35,877 nt of DNA from a virus: IMG/VR virus record IMGVR_UViG_3300045988_053149, positions 1 to 35,877 of that record, one strand, 5' to 3'. This document shows, piece after piece, positions 8,252-16,324 of this stretch (its first letter is position 1; the number at the start of each line of letters is the position of its first letter). The translations under genes and the position numbers were made by a program. The notes under the pieces were generated by a model. That model did no database searches. It had not been told where the DNA came from and saw nothing but the letters and a program-made list of their open reading frames with translations.

Positions 8252-8599
8252 TCAAACCCCTCTTTCCTTTGCGAAACTTAGCGTCACGTGGAAATACCCA
8301 GTGTCGCTCTCGTACATGTCGGAAGACGAACGCGAAACCTGCCACGTCCAGCCCGCGTCCGTCATCGTTTTCTTCACGGCTTTGACAAGCTCGTTGAAAT
8401 TGCCCTTGGCGTAAACGTCGAAGTCGTAGTAGGTGACGTAGCCGAGAATCGAATCGTCCCCGGCATACGAGCTATCGTCGTACTCGCGGCAGAAGATGAC
8501 GTAAGGCTCGCCGTGCCCCTCGTACTCCATGAACCTGACGGGAATCTCCTTGCCGTTGACGGTGAAGCCGTCGAACAGCTTGACGATTTCAGCGTTCAT
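8252..8599 (-). CDS. Tail terminator / tail completion-like protein (115 aa)
   Basis: Call rests on position between the gp10-like gene and the major tail gene; the sequence is not diagnostic on its own. Confidence 0.5.
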   Translation of the reverse strand: MNAEIVKLFDGFTVNGKEIPVRFMEYEGHGEPYVIFCREYDDSSYAGDDSILGYVTYYDFDVYAKGNFNELVKAVKKTMTDAGWTWQVSRSSSDMYESDTGYFHVTLSFAKERGV

Positions 8600-8603
8600 C
8601 GGC

Positions 8604-9023
8604 TCACCCCTTCGGCAGGTACTTGTCCTGCACCTTTTTCATAGCCGATTCAATCTCGCTGCTCACGAAGCTGCGGCGCATGAACGGGTGCTTCGGATAC
8701 GGCGAGTTGCTGCGCCCGTACTCGAAAAGGTTGCAGACCAAGGGCGCGGGCGTTTCCGTCCCGTCCTCGTTTTTGAAGTACCCGTAGAAAGCGACCTTGG
8801 TGGCAACGCCGTCATCGGACGGCGTTTTGTACGAGCGCGTCAGCTTCAGGCACTTCATGATGCCCGATTTTCGGAAACTTGCGGGGACGTTGGCCTTGAC
8901 GTTCGCCAATACCTTTTTAGCCCCCTCGCGCGTCATCTCCTTCAGCATCGTGTCCGTGTTCTTGTCAAGATACTCGAACTGCTCCATAAGCTCGGTCGGA
9001 AGTTGCTCATCGAATGATGCCAT
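8604..9023 (-). CDS. HK97 gp10-family head-tail joining protein (139 aa)
   Basis: The ATG at 9023 overlaps the upstream TGA (TGATG), with GAGGAGGTGA 5 nt upstream. MASFDEQLPTELMEQFEYLDKNTDTMLKEMTREGAKKVLANVKANVP resembles gp10-type proteins. Confidence 0.6.
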   Translation of the reverse strand: MASFDEQLPTELMEQFEYLDKNTDTMLKEMTREGAKKVLANVKANVPASFRKSGIMKCLKLTRSYKTPSDDGVATKVAFYGYFKNEDGTETPAPLVCNLFEYGRSNSPYPKHPFMRRSFVSSEIESAMKKVQDKYLPKG

Positions 9024-9688
9024 CAGTGCGTCACCTCCTCTATGTATTTGAAATGATACCACTTGCTATGCTTGCGTTCACCTCTAGCAACCGCAGAGAC
9101 GTTGCCTTGCGACAACCCAAGCGCTTTTGCTGCTTCTGTTGCGCTTACGAAAGTTTCACCAGTCTCGACGCACAGCACATGTTTGCAAAGCTTGCCGCGC
9201 TTATGCGCTTCGCTCATTTTGCGCCTTGTTTCTTCTGACACGGTTTTGCCGTACATCGGGTTTTTAGCGCCTTTATGCAATTCGCTCAGCTTGCGCTTTG
9301 TTTCTGCCGTGTGGTGCTTGCCAAGCCAAGGCGCTACATCTTTGCGCCGACCTTTTAGCGACTTTCTTATTTTGCGCTTAGTCTCTTCTGACATTTTGCC
9401 TGACGAATTTCCGCCATGCTCGACGTTGTAACCATGGGCTTTTTCGTCGCTGTGGTATTGCGCTATAAGCTCCATTTCCTTACGTTCAGCTTCCTCTTTA
9501 CTCAAGCCGACGAAGAGTATTTCATGCTTGAAGTTGTCCCAACCATACTTGCGGATAGCATTCATAAAGTATGGCTGGCGCTTGTACCCATAGCCGTTGT
9601 TCCAGCGTCTCTCAGGCTCCATAGACGTTATGCCTATGTAGACTTTGCCATTTGGCGCGGTGTGTCTGTATACGGTGTATCTCTGCAT
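9023..9688 (-). CDS. Free-standing GIY-YIG homing endonuclease with NUMOD3-type repeats and a C-terminal HTH (221 aa)
   Basis: YTVYRHTAPNGKVYIGIT...RRWNNGYGY...KYGWDNFKHEIL...YNVEHGGN, repeated (S/T)EETKRKI(R/S)..LKG motifs, and a C-terminal VETGETFVSATEAAKALGLSQGNVSAVARG. GC is visibly lower than in the flanking genes. Confidence 0.85.
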   Translation of the reverse strand: MQRYTVYRHTAPNGKVYIGITSMEPERRWNNGYGYKRQPYFMNAIRKYGWDNFKHEILFVGLSKEEAERKEMELIAQYHSDEKAHGYNVEHGGNSSGKMSEETKRKIRKSLKGRRKDVAPWLGKHHTAETKRKLSELHKGAKNPMYGKTVSEETRRKMSEAHKRGKLCKHVLCVETGETFVSATEAAKALGLSQGNVSAVARGERKHSKWYHFKYIEEVTH

Positions 9689-9692
9689 AGCT

Positions 9693-10022
9693 CTATATTA
9701 CTACAAGTTTTGCCTGAATCTCCAACTCGACGTTGGCGTAGTCCACGTTGTTCAGATACTGAATCTCGTAGCGCCTTCCGTCGAACAGGACGACCATATC
9801 ACGGTCGATTTTCGTTTTGCGCGGGTAGCGGATCGTGAAGTTGGTCGTTGCCGCCTCGAAGCTCGTCCCGCTCTTGATGAGCGTGTAGCCGCTCGTCGTT
9901 CTCACGCTCGCGTAGGCTTCGAGAACGGGTTCGTCAACCGTGGTCGGGAAGCCCTCCGCATCGTGCGATACCTTCGGCCTGACGATTTTGATGCGGTGGC
10001 TGTACTTACCGGCGTTAATCAT
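9693..10022 (-). CDS. Head-tail adaptor / head closure protein (SPP1 gp16-like, 109 aa)
   Basis: The internal ATG at 10022 overlaps the upstream gene by 8 nt. MINAGKYSHRIKIVRPKVSHDAEGFPTTVDEPVLEAYASVRTTSGYT is typical of this family. Confidence 0.7.
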   Translation of the reverse strand: MINAGKYSHRIKIVRPKVSHDAEGFPTTVDEPVLEAYASVRTTSGYTLIKSGTSFEAATTNFTIRYPRKTKIDRDMVVLFDGRRYEIQYLNNVDYANVELEIQAKLVVI

Positions 10023-10338
10023 TTCGCACCGCCGAAGGCAGAAGGTTGACCGAGTGCATGTCGAGGATGCTCTGCACCGCCAAGTTGACGTTGGACGAAT
10101 CGACGTACATGGCGCGGTTGTCGTACATGTCTTGGGCGAGCACGAACAGCGCGACAACGAAGTCCTCGCTCTCGTCGAGCTGAGCCGCCGTCAGGCCAGT
10201 GTACTTGCACATGTAGGCGGTCGCCGCGCCGATTATCGTCTTGAGAAACCCGTCCTCGGATGCGGTCACCTCGCCGACCCTGAGATATTCAGCAAGGTCG
10301 GTCGAAGTGACCTCCGAGACTTTCGCAATCTGGTTCAT
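10015..10338 (-). CDS. gp6-like head-tail connector protein (107 aa)
   Basis: VTSTDLAEYLRVGEVTASEDGFLKTIIGAATAYMCKYTGL matches the typical gp6-like pattern. The position is after the capsid gene. Confidence 0.7.
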   Translation of the reverse strand: MNQIAKVSEVTSTDLAEYLRVGEVTASEDGFLKTIIGAATAYMCKYTGLTAAQLDESEDFVVALFVLAQDMYDNRAMYVDSSNVNLAVQSILDMHSVNLLPSAVRND

Positions 10339-10348
10339 CTAATCCCCC

Positions 10349-10525
10349 CTACTCTTGGGGATTCGCGTCCCCAGACTTCTTGGCGCTCCTGCCGCGCTTG
10401 GGCTTCACCTCTTCGATGTAGCCCGCCTTCAGCAGGTCGGCCACGATTGCGGCGTCCTCAATCTCCCGCGTCTCGCCCTCGTACATCGAGATTGCGCCGC
10501 TGAAAGACTTCAGAGCTTTATGCAC
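10349..10525 (-). CDS. Small protein after the capsid gene (58 aa, possible HeH/SAP-like motif)
   Basis: Below the track cutoff. The GTG at 10525 sits 6 nt after GGTGAT. (M)HKALKSFSGAISMYEGETREIEDAAIVADLLKAGYIEEVKPKRGRSAKKSGDANPQE fills an otherwise empty 180-nt gap. Confidence 0.45.
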   Translation of the reverse strand: MHKALKSFSGAISMYEGETREIEDAAIVADLLKAGYIEEVKPKRGRSAKKSGDANPQE

Positions 10526-11699
10526 TTGCCATCACCAGCTTGGCAATCTTCTGCGCATCCTGAACCTTGGAGTCAAACTCGAACCAAGAGGCAACGCCGG
10601 TGGCATGCTCGTCGGCGTACTTCTCGCGCCAGACCTCAGTGGTGATGTTCTCGGAGAACTTGGTCGCGAGTCCGGTCATGTCGCCGTAGTAGATGACGGT
10701 CTTGCCATTGGCGATGTCGGGCATGTTGTCGGACACGTAGACGGGCTTGCCGAGAAGGACGGTTCCGAACGGGGAGGAGATGTCGTCGTTGAGCAGGTAA
10801 TGCCCGTCAGAACCCTTGAGCAGGCGGAGCGCCGTGCGGGTTGCGGGGGACATAATCCAGATTGCGTTGGTCTGGTAGACGTCCTTGACGGAGTCCTTCA
10901 ACTTGACGACCTCGTCGGCGGTGATTGCGGTCTGAGCCGCAGCGGTCACGGCGTGGGTGAGCTTGGAAAGGCCCTCCACCTTGTCATCGGTGCCGAGGAG
11001 AAGCTCGCGCTCGATGAAGCGCGCGATGTCCTCGCCCATCTGGTTGACGACGAAGGAGACGATGTCGAACTGGCTGTTGTTGATGAGCGAGTTGCTAATC
11101 TTGGAAAGCGCACCAGTGAGGAAGCCGTCAAGCTGGATGTTCTTGAACTTGCCGTTGCTGGAAGTAAGCGGGGTGAACTCCTCGGCATACGCGACGGTGA
11201 TGCCGCCGCCGGTGGTGTCGTAATACGGAATCTGGAGCTTGCCCTTGACGTTGTACTTCTGCGACTTCTCGAGAATCGGCGAGACGTCGTAAACCTTCTT
11301 GACAATCTTCTGCGCGATGGTGGTGGGGATGACAGAACCGTTGTCGGTCTTTGTCAGCTCGCCAGCACGCTCGTGGACGATGCGGCCACGGATGAAGTTC
11401 TCGAAGGCGCGGGTGTCCTGCTGCTCCTGAGTCGGCTTCGGCTCGCCGCCAGCGGGCACAGGCTCCTGCTTCGGCTTCTTGTCCTTGGAATCGTCCAGCT
11501 CGTCGCCAATCTTGAGCGCTTCCTTGATGCGCCTCACGTCGTCGCGAATCTCGGCCAGCTCCTCGACCTCGTCCTCGGTAAGCTCGCGCTTGTTGACCTC
11601 GGCGTCTGCGAGAATCTTCTCGGCCTTGTTAATCTTGTCGTTCTTCAGCTCCACGAGGTTCTTGTAGCTCAGGGAGCGGGTGTGGTAAATCTTCTGCAT
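10518..11699 (-). CDS. Major capsid protein, HK97 family (393 aa)
   Basis: Coiled-coil delta domain (LKNDKINKAEKILADAEVNKRELTEDEVEELAEIRDDVRRIKE) followed by a typical HK97-fold body. It lies directly after the prohead protease. Confidence 0.9.
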   Translation of the reverse strand: MQKIYHTRSLSYKNLVELKNDKINKAEKILADAEVNKRELTEDEVEELAEIRDDVRRIKEALKIGDELDDSKDKKPKQEPVPAGGEPKPTQEQQDTRAFENFIRGRIVHERAGELTKTDNGSVIPTTIAQKIVKKVYDVSPILEKSQKYNVKGKLQIPYYDTTGGGITVAYAEEFTPLTSSNGKFKNIQLDGFLTGALSKISNSLINNSQFDIVSFVVNQMGEDIARFIERELLLGTDDKVEGLSKLTHAVTAAAQTAITADEVVKLKDSVKDVYQTNAIWIMSPATRTALRLLKGSDGHYLLNDDISSPFGTVLLGKPVYVSDNMPDIANGKTVIYYGDMTGLATKFSENITTEVWREKYADEHATGVASWFEFDSKVQDAQKIAKLVMASA

Positions 11700-11701
11700 T
11701 G

Positions 11702-12337
11702 CTAGTCCTCCTTCATCTCGGCAATCATTGCCTTGAATTTGCTGTAGTCAATTTCCTGCTTGGTTTCACGTGAAACATCGTCGTCCTTGTCCTCTCGCGT
11801 TTCACGTGAAACGTCGTGTTCGTCATCGTCGGCGTCAAACACGTCGGAGACGAAAATCCTATTCTCGGAATCCTCGCTCCTAGCCATGATGAGCGTGCCG
11901 TCGTAGGCTGGAACCTTGGAACGGTCGAGGATGGAAACCTCTTCGAGGTCGAGGTCGTTGACCTCGCGCGTTAGCACCCCGTTCTCGACACCGTTCTTGA
12001 CGTCGCGGTCGTAGAAGCCGAACGACCAGCCCACCAGGTCGCCGCGCTTCGCCATCTCCATGACCTCCTTGTCGGAAATGGCGCACTTGGCGCGAAGCCC
12101 GATGTTGTCCTCGGTGAGTTCGAGGTTGCCCTTCTTGGTGCTGCCAAGGTCTCGCTGCCAGTCGTGGTTGAGCAGGACGTGAACATCGTCGTTGCGCTTC
12201 AGGGCACGCGCGAACGCGCCCTTCTTGATTCGCTCGATAAACTTGCCCATGCGCGAAAGCAGCGGTTTGCTGTTCCGCTCCACGGCGTTCACGTAGCCTT
12301 CGATTTCGACCGCATCCTCGCGAATGTTAATCTGCAT
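11702..12337 (-). CDS. Prohead maturation protease, HK97 family (about 211 aa)
   Basis: Contains the VLLNHDWQRDLGSTKKGNLELTEDNIGL motif. The ATG at 12337 follows AAGGGGGTGA. The acidic C-terminal tail carries a 12-aa duplication. Confidence 0.85.
   Translation of the reverse strand: MQINIREDAVEIEGYVNAVERNSKPLLSRMGKFIERIKKGAFARALKRNDDVHVLLNHDWQRDLGSTKKGNLELTEDNIGLRAKCAISDKEVMEMAKRGDLVGWSFGFYDRDVKNGVENGVLTREVNDLDLEEVSILDRSKVPAYDGTLIMARSEDSENRIFVSDVFDADDDEHDVSRETREDKDDDVSRETKQEIDYSKFKAMIAEMKED
11763..11776. other. parS-like palindrome GTTTCACGTGAAAC (site A; 16-mer GGTTTCACGTGAAACA)
   Basis: Perfect 14-bp palindrome identical to the chromosomal parS core consensus. It is in frame as V-S-R-E-T in the protease tail. 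Confidence 0.8.
11799..11812. other. parS-like palindrome GTTTCACGTGAAAC (site B; 16-mer CGTTTCACGTGAAACG)
   Basis: Perfect 14-bp palindrome 36 bp from site A, in frame as V-S-R-E-T. Confidence 0.8.
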
Positions 12338-13553
12338 TTGCATCACCCCCTTGCGCATGAAGTGCGCCGTCAGAATCCGAAATGCCCTTGGTCGAGTCCG
12401 TGTTGGGTGTGTAGACCTCGCCAGTAGACGTATCGAACAGAACGGAGCCAAGTCCAAGGTCGATGATGTCCAACCCCTGCACCTCGTTCATGTTCTCGTT
12501 TCGGCGCATCTCGTTAATCGTCATTATGCCACATTCTTTTGCAAGCTGGTACGTCTCGTATCGCTCCTTCAGACTGGCCTTGATGATTTCGCGGCTGTCG
12601 AAAGCGAAGAAGTAATTGCGCTTCTCCTTTTCCAGCAGCAGGTCGCGGTTAAGCGCCGTCTCGAACGCCCGCACAATCGGGTAGATTGCGAACTTGTACG
12701 TCTCCTCGAAGTTCTCCTTGATGTGGAAGATGCCGTTAATCTCGTCCGCCATCGTCCGCTTGTTCTCGTTGAGCTGCATCTCGGTTGAAGTGCTCGACGC
12801 TTCTTGGAACTCAAGGCCGTTGTTGAGCACCACGACGTTTTCCTCAGAGTTGCCGTAAAGGTTCGCCCATCCGCTCTTGAGCGCGTCGATTTCGTCCTGC
12901 CCGAGCTTTCGTTCCGCCTTCAGGAACCCGCGCTTGTTGCCGCCCGCCTTCACAAGCCCAAGCTGATACATGAGCGTCTGATATGCGGTTTCGAGAGCCT
13001 TCGCGACCTCGACGGTAAGCCCAACGCCAGACGCGCCGTCCTTCGTGTTGCGCAGAATCTTGATGAACTCGAACGGCTTGTAAATGCCGTCCCCGACGAT
13101 GATGTCATAGTCCTTGTAAATCGGGTCGCTGTTGATGTTGATGCTCACCGCGTCGCATTTGACATAGTAAAGCCCCGTCACGTCGTTTCGGCTGCGCTCA
13201 ATGTAGCAGTACCCGCCCTTGCCCATGAGATAGTCCTCGACCATCGCCTTCTTGAGCTGGAAGCCGTCCAACGTGTCTCCCGTGTCTACGTTGAGCATCT
13301 TCGTGCGCGGGTCGCCCTCAACTTCCTCGACAACGCCCTTCTTGGTGCGGTAAAGGCGCACGGGCATGCACGCGACCGCGCTCGTGATGAAGTCAACCGC
13401 ACCGGATACGGCTGGAAGCATCATGGCCTTGTCGCGGTCGATTGGCTCGTTTGCAAGCAGCGCCCTGAGCAGCACGTCGTTTACCGTGCCGTCATCGCCG
13501 ATGATGTTCTCGGCGGAACGCTTTCGCTCGAGCATGTTTTTAATCCATCCCAT
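12327..13553 (-). CDS. Portal protein, HK97 family (408 aa)
   Basis: Size, position between TerL and the protease, and overall HK97-type portal pattern. Confidence 0.85.
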   Translation of the reverse strand: MGWIKNMLERKRSAENIIGDDGTVNDVLLRALLANEPIDRDKAMMLPAVSGAVDFITSAVACMPVRLYRTKKGVVEEVEGDPRTKMLNVDTGDTLDGFQLKKAMVEDYLMGKGGYCYIERSRNDVTGLYYVKCDAVSININSDPIYKDYDIIVGDGIYKPFEFIKILRNTKDGASGVGLTVEVAKALETAYQTLMYQLGLVKAGGNKRGFLKAERKLGQDEIDALKSGWANLYGNSEENVVVLNNGLEFQEASSTSTEMQLNENKRTMADEINGIFHIKENFEETYKFAIYPIVRAFETALNRDLLLEKEKRNYFFAFDSREIIKASLKERYETYQLAKECGIMTINEMRRNENMNEVQGLDIIDLGLGSVLFDTSTGEVYTPNTDSTKGISDSDGALHAQGGDANAD

Positions 13554-13566
13554 CGAATCACCCCTC

Positions 13567-15258
13567 CTAGATAACCTGAATCGTGAAGTCGGGCATTTGC
13601 CCGAAAACCACGTCCTGCTGCAACAAGTATACGGCGTTGATGAGCGAGACGACCATATCGACCTTTCCCTTGCTCTTCTTCTTGTGGACGTACATGTTGC
13701 GGTTGGTGTCGTAGCTGCAACGCGCGTTCTGGAAGTTGATTTCCAGCAGCTTGTTGTCGGTGTACTCGAACTCGCCGCACAGAATCTTTTCTTTCAGCAG
13801 CTTGATCGGCGGATGGAGCACGCTCGAATGCTGCCTGATTTCGACGGTGTTGTACCCTGCGCCTTCCAACTTCTGCGCAGTGCTGAGCGCGTTCCAGCGG
13901 TCGTAGCCGATTGCCTGAACCTGCACGCCGTACTTGTCCTCGATGCCGAGAATGAAGTCCTCGACCACCTTGTAATCGATAACCCTGTCACCGCACGCGA
14001 TGCACTTTCCGGCACGGATGAACTCGTTGTAGTCGATTTTCTCGTAGGCGTTCTTCTCGGTGATTCGGCCTTCAGGAACGAATGCGAACACGTCCGCGAG
14101 GATGTTGCCGTCATCGTCTGCCGCCACCATAGCGACTGAGGTGTTGTCGTTCGTCTCAGACAAGTCCAATCCGAGATACACCACGCGCCCGCGCCAGTCG
14201 ATGTTCGCCACCTTGCAAGACTGCACGTCCGCGACGTCGATGAACGTCTCGGTGCCCTGACCCTGATAGATGATGTTGCAGTGCTTGGTCAGGAAGTTCT
14301 CGCGTGCCGATTCCACCGCGATTGCGTAGGCTCGTTTCTTCTTCAGGTCTTCCCAGATTTCGGGAATCTCCAAACTCACGGGGTTGGCGTGGCGCATGAC
14401 CAAATCGTCGGTCATCCAGTCCTTCGTATCGTCAGGCTCGTAGAGCAGCGCGAACAGCGTATCGTCCTCTGCGATGCCATCGAGAACCTTCTTGGCGTAT
14501 GCGACCTCGTCCTCGAAAGGATTGTCTATCGTCGGGTACTTGGTGCTGATGATGAAGCCGAGCTTGTTCAAGATGTTCAACTGGCCAGACTTCATCGCTT
14601 CCACCGCGTAGCTCGTCGGCAGCGCCCCTACCTCGTCGGCGCAGAAGGCGCTCGGAAGCCGGCCATCCATTCGAGACGTTGAATAGCTCAAGGGAACGTA
14701 CGTCGAGCTTTTCGGTATGAACGTGATGGACGGATTGATAATCTTGAATCGCTTGTTGCCCTTGTACTCGTAGACCAGTGGGGACGAGCGCAGCGTCTGC
14801 GATATTGCTTCGCGAATCTGCTTTGACAACGCCCCGTCTGGCGCGACTGAGAAGAACTCCGCGAATCGCGGCTCGGTAAGCATGAGGATGATGAAGATGG
14901 TCGCTACCGTGTACGTCTTGAAGTTCTTACGCGCGATTTCAAGCAGCCCGATTTCGTAACGTCGCTTCTCGGGATTGTCTCGGTAGACGGTGCAGAGCAC
15001 GGCGATGTAGAGCAGCCATTGGTAACCCGTCGTGCACTCATAGAGCGTCTGTCCAGCCTTCAGGCCCTTCGGCATGACGAGCAGCTTCAGGATTGATTCG
15101 ACCTGTTGAATCTTGGCTTCGCTGACGAAATACTTCTCGCTCTTGCCCTCGCAGACGTCCATCCATAGGCGCATCTGTTTTTTAACGTACTTGGGGCAAG
15201 CTTGTTTTTCGTAGCTTTCCTGACAGAATTTATAAGCTTTGTTATCTTTTATATTCAA
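13567..15258 (-). CDS. terL: Terminase large subunit (Terminase_1 / HK97 gp2-like, 563 aa)
   Basis: LLEIARKNFKTYT aligns with the HK97 TerL Walker A region SIARKNGKT. C-terminal nuclease-type motifs are present (VYLGLDLSETNDNTSVAMV). The position is upstream of the portal. Confidence 0.9.
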   Translation of the reverse strand: MNIKDNKAYKFCQESYEKQACPKYVKKQMRLWMDVCEGKSEKYFVSEAKIQQVESILKLLVMPKGLKAGQTLYECTTGYQWLLYIAVLCTVYRDNPEKRRYEIGLLEIARKNFKTYTVATIFIILMLTEPRFAEFFSVAPDGALSKQIREAISQTLRSSPLVYEYKGNKRFKIINPSITFIPKSSTYVPLSYSTSRMDGRLPSAFCADEVGALPTSYAVEAMKSGQLNILNKLGFIISTKYPTIDNPFEDEVAYAKKVLDGIAEDDTLFALLYEPDDTKDWMTDDLVMRHANPVSLEIPEIWEDLKKKRAYAIAVESARENFLTKHCNIIYQGQGTETFIDVADVQSCKVANIDWRGRVVYLGLDLSETNDNTSVAMVAADDDGNILADVFAFVPEGRITEKNAYEKIDYNEFIRAGKCIACGDRVIDYKVVEDFILGIEDKYGVQVQAIGYDRWNALSTAQKLEGAGYNTVEIRQHSSVLHPPIKLLKEKILCGEFEYTDNKLLEINFQNARCSYDTNRNMYVHKKKSKGKVDMVVSLINAVYLLQQDVVFGQMPDFTIQVI

Positions 15259-15853
15259 ACTTCATCCCCCTTGTCTGCGAATATTCCCCCTTGAGAACCC
15301 TTGATATACCAGCCCTGTCGCACCCAGTGACGCGCGACGCTTCTCTTATGCTGTAAAACTCTTCGCCTGTGTTTACGCATACGATGGAGGTTCCCACTGC
15401 GGCACGTTGCTCGACGCTCCAATGCCTGCCCTTCATCGGCGATTTGCGACCCTTTAGCTTTTCACTTATCGCCCGCTTTTCCTCTTCTGTGTGTTTTCTT
15501 CTGTTCGGGCATTTGCGTCCCTTTAGAGCCTTACTGATTTTTGCGCGCGTCTCTTCTGACATCTTCGGAGTATTGCCGCCGCGCTCGATGTTGTACCCTT
15601 TCTCAGGGTTGGTGCTGTCGTACTTTTTTATAAGCTCTATTTCCTTGTTCTCTGCGTCCTCGCGGGAAAGGCCATCGCATAGAACCTCATGCTTTATGTT
15701 GTCCCACCCGTATTTGGCTATTGCGCTGTTGAAATGCGTGCTGTTCTTATAGTTCCTGCCACCTTGCCACCGTCTTTCAACGCCAAGCTTCGTAATGCCT
15801 ATATACACTTTGCCTGATGGCGATGTGTGCTTATACACGGTATAGGATTCCAT
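15242..15853 (-). CDS. Free-standing GIY-YIG homing endonuclease, paralog of 9023..9688 (203 aa)
   Basis: The ATG at 15853 follows GAAAGGAG. YTVYKHTSPSGKVYIGIT...RRWQGGRNY...KYGWDNIKHEVL...YNIERGGN, plus NUMOD3-like repeats and a C-terminal VNTGEEFYSIREASRVTGCDRAGISRVLKG. Its 3' end overlaps the terL start. Confidence 0.85.
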   Translation of the reverse strand: MESYTVYKHTSPSGKVYIGITKLGVERRWQGGRNYKNSTHFNSAIAKYGWDNIKHEVLCDGLSREDAENKEIELIKKYDSTNPEKGYNIERGGNTPKMSEETRAKISKALKGRKCPNRRKHTEEEKRAISEKLKGRKSPMKGRHWSVEQRAAVGTSIVCVNTGEEFYSIREASRVTGCDRAGISRVLKGEYSQTRGMKFEYKR

Positions 15854-15946
15854 GATTTGCTCCTTTCTACCGTGCATTATACACCACCTTTCACATACTT
15901 CGGTGTGGTTTCCGCGTCGATTGCAGCCTTGCAGTATTCGTAACCC

Positions 15947-16318
15947 CTATTCCTCGCCATCGCTGTCACCGTTGATTATCGCCATGAGCGGGTCGTAATC
16001 CGAATCGCGTTCCTCGTCCTCCTTGGCGAATCCCTTGATAATCTTCATCAGTGTCGTTACGGTGCGGTTTGCGCTGTCCGTGGTCTTGTTGTACTCCGTG
16101 ACCGCTGGGTTTACGTAGATGTTCGCGCGGCCCTTCACGTATTCCTTCGTAACGAGCGTGCCAGTCTCGCGGATTGCCGCTTCCAGCTCCGTGAGGTTGT
16201 TGAGCTGAACCTGATACCGCTTGAACGTAGTCATGAAGAAGAAGTTGGTCTGTACGCCCGTCTCTTCGGCGATTTTCAGGATTTCCTGCGCCTGCTCGTT
16301 GAGTGTTTTCTTTGCCAT
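15947..16318 (-). CDS. terS: Terminase small subunit, P27 family (123 aa)
   Basis: The pattern FKRYQVQLNNLTELEAAIRETGTLVTKEYVKGRANIYVNPAVTEYNKTTD is typical of P27-type TerS. An HNH endonuclease is encoded upstream, as is usual for this type. Confidence 0.7.
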   Translation of the reverse strand: MAKKTLNEQAQEILKIAEETGVQTNFFFMTTFKRYQVQLNNLTELEAAIRETGTLVTKEYVKGRANIYVNPAVTEYNKTTDSANRTVTTLMKIIKGFAKEDEERDSDYDPLMAIINGDSDGEE

Positions 16319-16324
16319 GCTCCG

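Noticed and set aside
8281-8296. Other CACGTG-containing sites (8283, 20600, 26533, 29063, 30566) as additional parS copies.
   Set aside because: The flanks do not match the GTTTCACGTGAAAC palindrome beyond the central hexamer. Only the three listed sites are full matches.
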